Origin: Planctomycetota bacterium
Lineage (GTDB): Bacteria; Planctomycetota; B15-G4; JADJEK01
DNA: 64,000 nt
Direction of reading: 5' to 3'
Assembly (NCBI GenBank): GCA_052034255.1
Contig: JBPOIU010000019.1
Location: 7,842-71,841, forward strand
The translations under genes and the position numbers were made by a program. This document shows, one piece after another, positions 50,361 to 59,335 of this stretch (position 1 is the first letter of the stretch; each line of letters starts with the position of its first letter). Below the pieces are notes generated by a model. That model was not told the DNA's origin and ran no database searches. It saw nothing but the letters and a program-made list of their open reading frames with translations.

Positions 50361-53071
50361 GGAGCACGCTCCGCCGCACCTTCGGCGATCACCTGCGGCG
50401 GCGTCGCCGGCAGCGGCAACGTGAAGGCGAGAATGGCCCCGCCGCCGTCGCGCGCACGCGCTTCGATGGCGCCGCCATGCGCGTGCACGATGCCCCGGCA
50501 GATCGTGAGCCCGAGCCCGCTCCCGCTTCGCGACGCGTCGCCACGCACGAACTTGTCGAACACGCGCGGCGCCACGTCCGCGGCGATCCCCGGCCCGCGA
50601 TCCCGCACCTCGACGACGAGCTCCGCGTCCCTCCGCCATGCCGAGACCTCGATCGGATCGCGCGACGCGCCGTGCCGCGAAGCGTTTTCCAACAGGTTCG
50701 TCAGCACTTGCTCGATCAGCAACACGTCCATCGACACGAGCGGCAGGGCCTCCGCGACATCGACCTCCACCAGGACTCCCGGAGCGAAGCGCTCGAACCG
50801 CGTCAGCGCGCAGCCGATCACTTCCTCGATCGACGACCACTCGCGATGCAGCTCGAGCGTCCCCGACTCGAGCCGCGTCATGTGCAGCAGGTTGCCGACC
50901 AACCGATTCAGTCGCTCCGCCTCCTCGTGGATCAACCGCAAGAGCTCCGCGCGCGCATCCTCGCGCAACGCGTTGCCGTCGATCAGCGACGTCGCGGCGC
51001 CCGTGATCGCGGCGAGCGGAGTCCGCAGGTCGTGGGACACCGAACTCAGCAACGCATTGCGCACTTCTTCACGATCGGCACGGCGCAGCGCATTCGCGGC
51101 ATCCTCTGCGAGCACGGCCCGCCCGAACGCCGTCGCGATCGGATGGATGAAGGCGTCGAGCTCCTTCTCGAGCGCGAGGTCGCGCATCCGCGAGGGATCG
51201 GCCGGCAACAGCGCCACCACGCCGAGCGCGCGCCCCGCCGTCGCCAACGGATGGAACGACGCCCGCGCGCCGGGCAGCGTGTCCGCCCCGATTCCCGCGC
51301 GCTGCTCCAGATCGAGTACCCAGGCCGCGACGCTCGCATCGCGCTCGTCGAGGTCGAACGCATGAGGGTGCCGCAGCGCGACGAGCTTGCGCTCCGCGTC
51401 GGCGAGCAACAGGCACACGCGGACGTCGAACGCCGACGCGAGATGACGCGCGGCGACGTCCGCGATCGCGTCGCGATCCGGAGCTTCGGCGAGCGCGCGC
51501 GTCAAGGAATACAGGGCAGCCGTGCGCCGCTCGCGAACGCGCGCGTCCTCGGCCTGCGCCCGGACCGAGTCGGCGAGCCCACTGACGACGAGCGCTGCGC
51601 CGAACATCACGCAAAACGTCACCACGTACTTCGCGTCGTCGACCGCGAACGTGAAGTACGGCGGCACGAAACAGAAGTCGAACGCCGCGACCGACGCGAC
51701 GGACGCGAGCAATGCGGGATTGCGGCCGTAGCGCATCGCCACGCCGACGATCGCCACCAGGAACAGCATCGCGAGATCGGACGGCTCGAGCACGGAGCGC
51801 AATCCGAAATCGACCGCCGTGACTACGCCCACGGCTCCGAGCGCGGCGATCCACGACCCCGCCGGCGTCGCCGCGCGCCGGGAATGCGGCCGGGCGCGCG
51901 AGCGGCGCTGCTGCTCCTCGGAATCGCCGGCGATCGCGAGGACGTCGATGGCTCCGCTGCCGCGCACGATCCGATCGAGCAACGATCCGAACACGACGTC
52001 GCGCCACCGCGCATGCGCCGGCTTGCCCATCACCAAACGCGTGACGTTCTCCGCGCGCGCGTGGTCGAGCACGACGGCGGCGACGTCGTCGCCGGTGAGC
52101 CGCACGACTTCCGCTCCGAGCCGTTCGGCGAGCCGCAGCGGTTCGGCGACGCGCGCGCGGTCGCGCTCGGAGAGCGGCGCGCCCAACACTTCGACATGCA
52201 CGACCGTGAAGCGCGCCTTGAGTCCTGCGGCGAGGCGAGCTCCGCCGCGCACGAGGTCCTTCGCGAACGCTCCGCCTCCGATCGCGACGAGCACGTGCTC
52301 CGCCGCTGGCCACGCGCGTTCGATGCCTTGGTCGCGGCGCCATTCGAGGACGTCGGCATCGACGTGCTCGGCCGTCCGCCGCAACGCGAGTTCGCGCAAC
52401 GCCAACAGGTTGCCGCGCTTGAAGAAGTTCGTCTCCGCGCGCGCCGCCTGCTCGCGCGGATACACGCGTCCCTCGCGCAGGCGCGTCAGCAGCGCGTCGG
52501 GTGGCAGATCCACGAGCTCGACCTCATCGGCACGTTGCAGCACGTGGTCGGGAACGGTCTCGCGCACGCGCACGCCCGTGATCTGCGTGACGACGTCGTT
52601 CAAGCTCTCCACGTGCTGGACGTTCAGCGTGGTCCAGACGTCGATGCCGGCCTCGAGCAGCTCGAGCACGTCCTGCCAGCGCTTGAGATGGCGCGCATCC
52701 GGTGCGTTGGTGTGCGCGAGTTCGTCGACCAACACGACGTCCGGAGCGCGCGCGAGCGCTCGATCGAGATCGAACTCGTCGAGCACGTGGTCGCGATGCG
52801 CGACGCGGCGGCGTGCGAGCAACTCGATGCCTTCGAGTTGGGCGCCGGTCTCCGCGCGTCCGTGCGTCTCGATCACGCCGGCGACGACGTCGCGTCCCTC
52901 GGCGCGCGCGCGCCGGGCCGCCGCCAGCATCGCGTAGGTCTTGCCGACCCCCGGAGCAGCACCGAGGAAGATCTTCAGCCGCCCGCGATGGGAACGCTCC
53001 ACCTCGGCGCGCGCGTCTTCGAGGACCGCATCGCGCGGCTCTTCGCCCGGGGCCGAAGTCGGTTCGGTCAT
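50357..53071 (-). CDS. kdpD: Sensor histidine kinase KdpD
   Basis: The KdpD N-terminal domain has a Walker A (GAAPGVGKTYAM), followed by a USP-like domain, TM helices, a GAF domain, an H-box (SHDLRTPL) and an HATPase domain (GSGLGLTICRGIV). Confidence 0.9.
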   Translation of the reverse strand: MTEPTSAPGEEPRDAVLEDARAEVERSHRGRLKIFLGAAPGVGKTYAMLAAARRARAEGRDVVAGVIETHGRAETGAQLEGIELLARRRVAHRDHVLDEFDLDRALARAPDVVLVDELAHTNAPDARHLKRWQDVLELLEAGIDVWTTLNVQHVESLNDVVTQITGVRVRETVPDHVLQRADEVELVDLPPDALLTRLREGRVYPREQAARAETNFFKRGNLLALRELALRRTAEHVDADVLEWRRDQGIERAWPAAEHVLVAIGGGAFAKDLVRGGARLAAGLKARFTVVHVEVLGAPLSERDRARVAEPLRLAERLGAEVVRLTGDDVAAVVLDHARAENVTRLVMGKPAHARWRDVVFGSLLDRIVRGSGAIDVLAIAGDSEEQQRRSRARPHSRRAATPAGSWIAALGAVGVVTAVDFGLRSVLEPSDLAMLFLVAIVGVAMRYGRNPALLASVASVAAFDFCFVPPYFTFAVDDAKYVVTFCVMFGAALVVSGLADSVRAQAEDARVRERRTAALYSLTRALAEAPDRDAIADVAARHLASAFDVRVCLLLADAERKLVALRHPHAFDLDERDASVAAWVLDLEQRAGIGADTLPGARASFHPLATAGRALGVVALLPADPSRMRDLALEKELDAFIHPIATAFGRAVLAEDAANALRRADREEVRNALLSSVSHDLRTPLAAITGAATSLIDGNALREDARAELLRLIHEEAERLNRLVGNLLHMTRLESGTLELHREWSSIEEVIGCALTRFERFAPGVLVEVDVAEALPLVSMDVLLIEQVLTNLLENASRHGASRDPIEVSAWRRDAELVVEVRDRGPGIAADVAPRVFDKFVRGDASRSGSGLGLTICRGIVHAHGGAIEARARDGGGAILAFTLPLPATPPQVIAEGAAERAP

Positions 53072-54609
53072 CGCGTGTTTCCGTCACCCACCGGCGCGGG
53101 GCCGCTTTCGATGCGATCGTGCAGTGCGGGCGGGACCAGTGTACGCCAGGTGCTCGTGTCCCTCGCGTCACGCAGTCGCGGCGTCACCAGGACGATCACG
53201 CGGCTCGTGCGCTGCGTCGTCACCTCGCGCCGGAACAACCCGCCGAGCAGCGGGATGCTGCGTAGCAGGAAGACGCCGGTCTCTTCGCGCAGCGTCCGGC
53301 AGCGCTCGTACGTCCCGAGCAGGACGGTTCTGTCGGACGCCAAGTTCACGACCGACCGCGTCTGCGAGGTCGCCACGACCGGCGTCCGCGCGTCCCCGGC
53401 GAGATCGACGACGCTGGTGACGATCACGTCGACGTCGGCCGTGATCGACTGCGTCGCGATGAACGGGCGGATCATGAGTTCGATCCCTTCGATCACCCGT
53501 TCCGCAGCATTCTGCTCCACGACGCGGCGGTCCGTGAGATCGCCCGTGGGCGTTTCGATCGGCGACGCCGGCACGGTGCGCACGGCTCGGAACACGGCGG
53601 GCGTCGCGGTGGCCGCGGCTTTGGCTCCGTTCGACAGCGCGCCCGGGTTGTCCTCCGCGTTGATCGAGAGGATCCGCGATTGCGTGACCACCTCCGCCTT
53701 GCCCTCTCGCGCGAGGTACGACAAGAAATCCGCCAGGACGGCCGCGTCGAGCCGTACCACCGAGTCGATGGTCGTCCCTTGCCCGTCCCCGGCGACGTCG
53801 AACAGCGTGAACGAGCCCGAGATCCCGCGCTTCCACGCCTCCCAGTCCACGCCCAGATCCGAGCCGACTTCGTCGTCGACTTCGTAGATCGCCAGTTCGA
53901 ACTCGGCTTGCAGCGGCGGCCGATCGAACGACTCGAGCGCGGCGAGGTCGTCGGCGATGTCGGACGGATTCTCCGACATGTAGATCGTGTTCAGCGCCGG
54001 ATCGGCGAACGGCGCGACGTAGAACTGGCCGACGTTCCCGAGCTCGGTGCCGATCAGGATGGCCTTCAGCTCTCCGGCGGTCCGGTGTTTGCCGACGTAG
54101 CGCGTCGCGGCCAGCTGGCCCGCCGCATTCGCGTTCCCGGTGCCATCGTGGAACTGGAAACCAGGGATGTCGATTTGCGCGATCGTCGCGTCGATGCCCG
54201 GAATCATGAAGTTCGGCGCCGTCACGAACACGAACTGAACGGGCGATCCCGCTCCGTCTTTCAAGTCCTGGCGCCCCATCACTTCGACGATGCCGCCTTC
54301 GTATGCGAGCGCGCGCAGCAAGTACGACTGCACGTCGATCGCATTGGCGTGCCGCAGCGCGTACGTCCGCAGCACGTAATCGTTCTTCGCCAGACCGGGC
54401 GTCGTACCGGCGTTCGAGCCGTTCGGATTCGGATTGCGCGCGCGCAGGTCCTCGGCGCGTCGCAGCAGGATGTCCTCGCTCGTGCCCGGTGCCGTCGGGA
54501 CGTGGACGCGCACTTCGGGATCGATGGTCGCGGGCTCCTGGCGTGCCTCCGCCGCGACCGACATACCGAGAACCAGCCCCGCGATCAGGACCCCACCCAC
54601 CGTCTTCAT
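53068..54609 (-). CDS. Secretin-domain outer-membrane protein (type II/III secretion / pilus secretin family) embedded in the kdp operon between kdpC and kdpD
   Basis: A signal peptide ([22 protein letters not shown]) is followed by the C-terminal secretin signature TVLLGTYE...GVFLLRSIPLLGGLFRREVTTQRTSRVIVLVTPRL. There are ATGA overlaps with kdpC upstream and kdpD downstream. Confidence 0.7.
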   Translation of the reverse strand: MKTVGGVLIAGLVLGMSVAAEARQEPATIDPEVRVHVPTAPGTSEDILLRRAEDLRARNPNPNGSNAGTTPGLAKNDYVLRTYALRHANAIDVQSYLLRALAYEGGIVEVMGRQDLKDGAGSPVQFVFVTAPNFMIPGIDATIAQIDIPGFQFHDGTGNANAAGQLAATRYVGKHRTAGELKAILIGTELGNVGQFYVAPFADPALNTIYMSENPSDIADDLAALESFDRPPLQAEFELAIYEVDDEVGSDLGVDWEAWKRGISGSFTLFDVAGDGQGTTIDSVVRLDAAVLADFLSYLAREGKAEVVTQSRILSINAEDNPGALSNGAKAAATATPAVFRAVRTVPASPIETPTGDLTDRRVVEQNAAERVIEGIELMIRPFIATQSITADVDVIVTSVVDLAGDARTPVVATSQTRSVVNLASDRTVLLGTYERCRTLREETGVFLLRSIPLLGGLFRREVTTQRTSRVIVLVTPRLRDARDTSTWRTLVPPALHDRIESGPAPVGDGNTR

Positions 54610-55157
54610 TGCATGCTCTCCAACGCGAGATTGAGCTTCAGCACGTTCACACGCGGCTCACCGAGCCATCCGAACGTGCGCGGCTCGATGTGTTCGACGA
54701 CCAGCGCCGCGAGCTTCGACGCGTCGATCCCGCGCGCGCGCGCCACGCGCTCGACCTGCGCCAACGCTCCGGCCGGGGTCACGTGCGGGTCGAGGCCACT
54801 GCCCGACGCCGTCACGAGGTCCACGGGCGCGGGCGTCCGCAGTTCGAGGCGCCCCGCACGAGCGAGCACTTGCTCGAGCAACGCCGGATTGCGCGGTCCG
54901 AGGTTCGATCCCGACGAGGAGGCCGCGTTCCACGGCGGACTCGTCGCCGACGGTCGCGGCCAGAACCACTGCGGCTGCGTGAACGATTGCGCGATCCACT
55001 CCGACCCCACGACGACGCCGTCGTGCGCGAGCGGACTTCCCGCGGCGCGCGTCGGGAACAGCAGGCGCGCGATCGCCGTGACCGTGAGCGGATAAGCGAT
55101 TCCGAACAGCGCCGTCGACACCAACAGCACGGCGAACGCACGACGGATCGTGTTCAT
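54606..55157 (-). CDS. kdpC: Potassium-transporting ATPase subunit C
   Basis: The 183-aa product has an N-terminal TM helix, a KdpC-family motif ([17 protein letters not shown]) and 4-nt overlaps with its neighbours. Confidence 0.85.
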   Translation of the reverse strand: MNTIRRAFAVLLVSTALFGIAYPLTVTAIARLLFPTRAAGSPLAHDGVVVGSEWIAQSFTQPQWFWPRPSATSPPWNAASSSGSNLGPRNPALLEQVLARAGRLELRTPAPVDLVTASGSGLDPHVTPAGALAQVERVARARGIDASKLAALVVEHIEPRTFGWLGEPRVNVLKLNLALESMQ

Positions 55158-57247
55158 GGCGCGCTCCCTCCATCGAAGCCCAACGCGGCGAGCAGTAGAT
55201 CGATCAGCTTGATGCCGAGGAACGGCGCGATCAGCCCACCCACGCCGTACACGAGCAGGTGGTGCGACAACGTCGCAGCGGCGGGACGCGCCTTGTACGC
55301 GACTCCGCGCAGAGCCAGCGGAATCAGCGCGATCAGGATCAGCGCGTTGAACACGACGGCCGACAGGATCGCGCTGTGCGGCGATCCGAGCTGCATCACG
55401 TCGAGCACGCCCAGTTGCGGGTATGTGGTCGCGAATGCCGCGGGCAGGATCGCGAAGTACTTCGCGACGTCGTTCGCGATCGAGAACGTCGTCAGCGCTC
55501 CACGCGTCATCAGCAGTTGTTTGCCGATCTCGACCACGTCGAGCAGCTTGGTCGGATCCGAATCGAGATCGACCATGTTGCCGGCTTCCTTGGCGGCCTG
55601 CGTACCGGTGTTCATCGCGACGGCCACGTCCGCCCGCGCCAGCGCGGGCGCGTCGTTCGTGCCGTCCCCGGTCATCGCGACCAGATTGCCGGCATCCTGG
55701 TACCTGCGGATCAGATCGAGCTTCGCCTCCGGAGTCGCCTGCGCCAGGAAATCGTCGACGCCGGCTTCGGCCGCGATCGCGGCGGCGGTCAGCGGATTAT
55801 CCCCCGTGACCATGACGGTCTTGATGCCGATGCCGCGCATCGCGGCGAAGCGTTCGCGGATGCCGCCTTTGACGACGTCCTTCAGATGCACGACGCCGAG
55901 CGCGCGCGCGCCTTCGGCGACGACGAGCGGAGTCCCACCCGAGCGCGCGATGCGCGTCACCGTGTCGCGAATCGGCGCACCGAACGAACCGCCGTTCGCG
56001 GCGACCAGAGCTTCGATCGCGTCGGCGGCACCCTTGCGGATCGAGCGGCCATCGACGTCGACTCCGCTGACGCGTGTCGTCGCGGAGAACGGGATGAAGC
56101 GCGCTCCGAGCGCGGCGACGTCACGCTGCCGCAGCCCGAATCGCTCCTTCGCGAGCACGACGATGCTGCGACCCTCCGGGGTTTCGTCGGCGAGCGACGC
56201 CAACTGCGCCGCGTCCGCCAGTCGCGCGGCATCCACGCCCGGTCCCGGCAGCAGGTCGACGGCCTGCCGATTGCCGAACGTGATCGTTCCGGTCTTGTCG
56301 AGCAGCAGCACATCGATGTCGCCGGCGGCCTCGACCGCCTTGCCCGACGTCGCGATGACGTTCACGCGCAGCAAGCGATCCATGCCGGCGATGCCGATCG
56401 CCGACAACAGCCCGCCGATGGTCGTCGGGATCAGACAGACGAGCAGCGCGACCAGCGTCGCCAGCGGCACCGCGGATCCCGCACCCGCGACGTCCGCCGC
56501 GTAGCGCGAGAACGGTTCCAGCGTCGCGGTCGCGAGCAGGAACACGAGCGTCAGTCCGGCGAGCAGCACGTCCAGCGCGATCTCGTTCGGCGTCTTGCGC
56601 CGCGTCGAACCCTCGACGAGCGCGATCATGCGGTCGAGGAACGTCCCGCCGGCGACCGCGGTGATGCGGACGACGATCCAATCCGACAGCACGCGCGTTC
56701 CGCCGGTCACGGAGCTGCGATCCCCGCCGCTCTCGCGGATGACGGGAGCGCTCTCGCCCGTGATCGCGCTCTCGTCGACCGAGGCGACGCCTTCGACGAC
56801 TTCGCCATCCGATGGGATCACGTCTCCGGCGCGCACCAACACGTGCTCGCCGATGCGCAGTTGCGCGGCGGAGATTTCGGCGACCTCGGCGTCGGGTCTC
56901 GGCTGCGTCAGTCGGCGCGCGACGAGTTCGCGCCGCGTCGCGCGCAACGACGCCGCCTGCGCCTTGCCGCGGCCTTCGGCGAACGCCTCGGCGAGCGCCG
57001 CGAACCATACGGTCACCCACAGACACGCCGCGATGGTGCCTTCGAACCAAGCGGCGGTCGCGCCCTTCTGCCACGTCGCTTCGATCCACAACCACGTCGT
57101 GAACGCGCTGCCGACCCACACCACGAACATCACCGGATTGCGTGCGACGCGGCGCGGATCCAGCTTGCGTAGGGAATCCGCGAGGACGGGACGCAACCCG
57201 GATCCCCACATGGACGGGCGCTTGCGATCAACGGCCGCATGCGACAT
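55154..57247 (-). CDS. kdpB: Potassium-transporting P-type ATPase subunit B
   Basis: The start is at Met 57247. The P-type ATPase motifs are [17 protein letters not shown] and [10 protein letters not shown]. Confidence 0.9.
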   Translation of the reverse strand: MSHAAVDRKRPSMWGSGLRPVLADSLRKLDPRRVARNPVMFVVWVGSAFTTWLWIEATWQKGATAAWFEGTIAACLWVTVWFAALAEAFAEGRGKAQAASLRATRRELVARRLTQPRPDAEVAEISAAQLRIGEHVLVRAGDVIPSDGEVVEGVASVDESAITGESAPVIRESGGDRSSVTGGTRVLSDWIVVRITAVAGGTFLDRMIALVEGSTRRKTPNEIALDVLLAGLTLVFLLATATLEPFSRYAADVAGAGSAVPLATLVALLVCLIPTTIGGLLSAIGIAGMDRLLRVNVIATSGKAVEAAGDIDVLLLDKTGTITFGNRQAVDLLPGPGVDAARLADAAQLASLADETPEGRSIVVLAKERFGLRQRDVAALGARFIPFSATTRVSGVDVDGRSIRKGAADAIEALVAANGGSFGAPIRDTVTRIARSGGTPLVVAEGARALGVVHLKDVVKGGIRERFAAMRGIGIKTVMVTGDNPLTAAAIAAEAGVDDFLAQATPEAKLDLIRRYQDAGNLVAMTGDGTNDAPALARADVAVAMNTGTQAAKEAGNMVDLDSDPTKLLDVVEIGKQLLMTRGALTTFSIANDVAKYFAILPAAFATTYPQLGVLDVMQLGSPHSAILSAVVFNALILIALIPLALRGVAYKARPAAATLSHHLLVYGVGGLIAPFLGIKLIDLLLAALGFDGGSAP

Positions 57248-57334
57248 GGCGTACTCCTCGGCGATTGCGTTCGAGCTCCGCGCACGCGTCGCTCGTCGAC
57301 ACACGTCGACGCACGACGGCGGGGAGCGATCCGG

Positions 57335-59059
57335 TCAACGGGTGAACAACTGGAAGTGCTCGGCGATCGGGCCGAGCATCAATGCCGGCACGAACGTCAG
57401 CGCTCCGACGAGCACTACGATCGCGATCAAGAACGACGTGAACAGCGGGCCGTGCGTCGGCAGCGTGCCCGGACCCGGAGCGCTCGGCTTCTTCGCCGCC
57501 AGGGCGCCGGCGAGCGCCAGCACCGGGATCAAGACGCCGAAGCGACCGATCCACATGCAGATGCCGAGCGCGAGATCGAAGAACGGCGTGTTCGCGGCGA
57601 GTCCGCCGAACGCGCTGCCGTTGTTGCCGGAGGCCGACGAGAACGCGTAGAGGATCTCGCTGAAGCCATGCGCTCCAGGATTGGCGACGCCCTGCCTGCC
57701 GGCGTCCAACGACGTCGCGCACGCGGTCCCGACCAGAATCGCCGCGGACGGCAACAGGATGCCGAGGATCGCCACTTTGGTTTCGAACGCCTCGATCTTC
57801 TTGCCCAGGTACTCGGGCGTTCGCCCCACCATCAGGCCGGCGACGAACACGGCGAGGATCACGAACAACAACATCCCGTAGATGCCGGAGCCGACGCCGC
57901 CGAACACGATTTCACCGAGCTGGATCAGCATCAGCGGGATCGCTCCCGCGAGCGGCAACAGCGAGTCGTGCATGCCGTTCACCGAGCCGTTGCTCGCAGC
58001 CGTGGTCGCCACCGCCCACGCAGCCGTGTCGATCGTGCCGAAGCGCGTCTCCTTCCCTTCAGGGTTCCCCCCGGGTTGGCGGTCCGTGGCGCGCGCGTCG
58101 ATCCGCGTGGTGTCGAAACGCGGGTTGGCGCGATTCTCGGCGATGACCGTCGCGAACAGCGCGAGCAAGAACGGGATCGCCATGGCCGCGAACAGCGTCC
58201 GGCCTTGCCGGGGATCGCGCACCATGCGGCCGAACGTGAAACACAGCGCCGCCGGCAGCAGCAGGATCGACAGCCACTCGAGCAAGTTCGACAGCGGAGT
58301 CGGGTTCTCGAGCGGATGGGCGGAGTTCGCGTTGAAGAAGCCGCCGCCGTTGGTGCCGAGTTGCTTGATCGCGACTTGGGACGCCACCGGGCCGACCGGG
58401 ATGAACGCGCCCGCGGAGTCCCCTTCGAGCGGGGCCGCGACGAAGCCCGACTCCAGCGTCTGCGGCACGCCCTGCGCGACCAACGCGACGCCGAGCACGA
58501 GCGAGAGCGGCAGCAAGACCTGCACGCTCGCTCGAATGACGTCGGCGTAGAAGTTGCCGATCGACTTCGCTCCGCGCCGCTCGAGCGCGCGGAACAACGC
58601 GATCGCGACCGCGATGCCGACCGCGGCGGACAGGAAGTTCTGCGTTCCGAGCCCGACCGCCTGCACGAAGTTGGTCAAGGAGCTCTCGCCGCCGTAGGCC
58701 TGCCAGTTCGTGTTGGTGATGAAGCTCAATGCCGTGTTGAACGCGAGCTCGGGCGCGACGGCGGCGAAGCCGCGGTCGTTCCACGGCAGCACGTGTTGCA
58801 GCCGCAGCAGTCCGTAGAGCACCAGCGCCCCGACCGCGTGGAACGCCAGCGCGTCGAGCGCGTAGCGGCGCCAGCCGCTTTCTTGCAGCGGGTGGATCCG
58901 CAACAGCCGCAGGAGCGCGCGTTCGAGTGGGCCGAAGATGCGCGACGTCCACGTCGGTTCGTCGCCGAAGATGCGCGCGATCCAATGTCCGACGGGCGCC
59001 GCGAGCGCGAACAACGCGAGCACGGGAACGAGGAGGCGAATGACGTCCATGCCGCTCAT
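57335..59059 (-). CDS. kdpA: Potassium-transporting ATPase subunit A
   Basis: The 574-aa polytopic product has KdpA selectivity-filter-like motifs (NTNWQAYGGE, TNGGGFFNANSAHP, SGNNGSAFGG). Confidence 0.9.
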   Translation of the reverse strand: MSGMDVIRLLVPVLALFALAAPVGHWIARIFGDEPTWTSRIFGPLERALLRLLRIHPLQESGWRRYALDALAFHAVGALVLYGLLRLQHVLPWNDRGFAAVAPELAFNTALSFITNTNWQAYGGESSLTNFVQAVGLGTQNFLSAAVGIAVAIALFRALERRGAKSIGNFYADVIRASVQVLLPLSLVLGVALVAQGVPQTLESGFVAAPLEGDSAGAFIPVGPVASQVAIKQLGTNGGGFFNANSAHPLENPTPLSNLLEWLSILLLPAALCFTFGRMVRDPRQGRTLFAAMAIPFLLALFATVIAENRANPRFDTTRIDARATDRQPGGNPEGKETRFGTIDTAAWAVATTAASNGSVNGMHDSLLPLAGAIPLMLIQLGEIVFGGVGSGIYGMLLFVILAVFVAGLMVGRTPEYLGKKIEAFETKVAILGILLPSAAILVGTACATSLDAGRQGVANPGAHGFSEILYAFSSASGNNGSAFGGLAANTPFFDLALGICMWIGRFGVLIPVLALAGALAAKKPSAPGPGTLPTHGPLFTSFLIAIVVLVGALTFVPALMLGPIAEHFQLFTR

Positions 59060-59148
59060 GCGAAACGCTCCGGGTCGACGATCGCGACGACGAGGTATGC
59101 GGTCAGTGCCACGACGAGCACCAGGGCGATCACGGCGTCGACGTTCAT
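59056..59148 (-). CDS. kdpF: Potassium-transporting ATPase subunit F (30 aa)
   Basis: The hand translation MNVDAVIALVLVVALTAYLVVAIVDPERFA follows the pattern of E. coli KdpF (..LLGYLVYALINAEAF). The stop overlaps the kdpA start in ATGA and GGAG lies upstream. Confidence 0.7.
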   Translation of the reverse strand: MNVDAVIALVLVVALTAYLVVAIVDPERFA

Positions 59149-59234
59149 GGCTGACTCCGCTTCGCGGGTCGCGCGACGAGCAGTGCGAGCGCCCCGAACA
59201 GTCCGATCAGCAATGCGAGACAGAGCAGGTCCAT
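59145..59234 (-). CDS. Additional 29-aa hydrophobic micro-ORF directly upstream of kdpF, overlapping its start in ATGA; second KdpF-like or leader peptide
   Basis: The hand translation is MDLLCLALLIGLFGALALLVARPAKRSQP. An RBS (GGAGGA) lies 6 nt before the ATG. Confidence 0.4.
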   Translation of the reverse strand: MDLLCLALLIGLFGALALLVARPAKRSQP

Positions 59235-59335
59235 CGAATCCTCCGCGTGCGACGCGGGAGGAGTTCTAGGCCGATCGACCTCAAGGCGGCATCAAGACTG
59301 GATGGCGACCGGCGGCGGCGCAGCGCGCGTTCGCG

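Noticed and set aside
50126-59269. Plus-strand ORFs 50126..53887 (1253 aa), 54303..56504, 55259..57172 and 57239..59269 opposite kdpD, the secretin gene, kdpC, kdpB and kdpA
   Set aside because: All are antisense to strongly supported kdp genes, with Arg-rich low-complexity translations.
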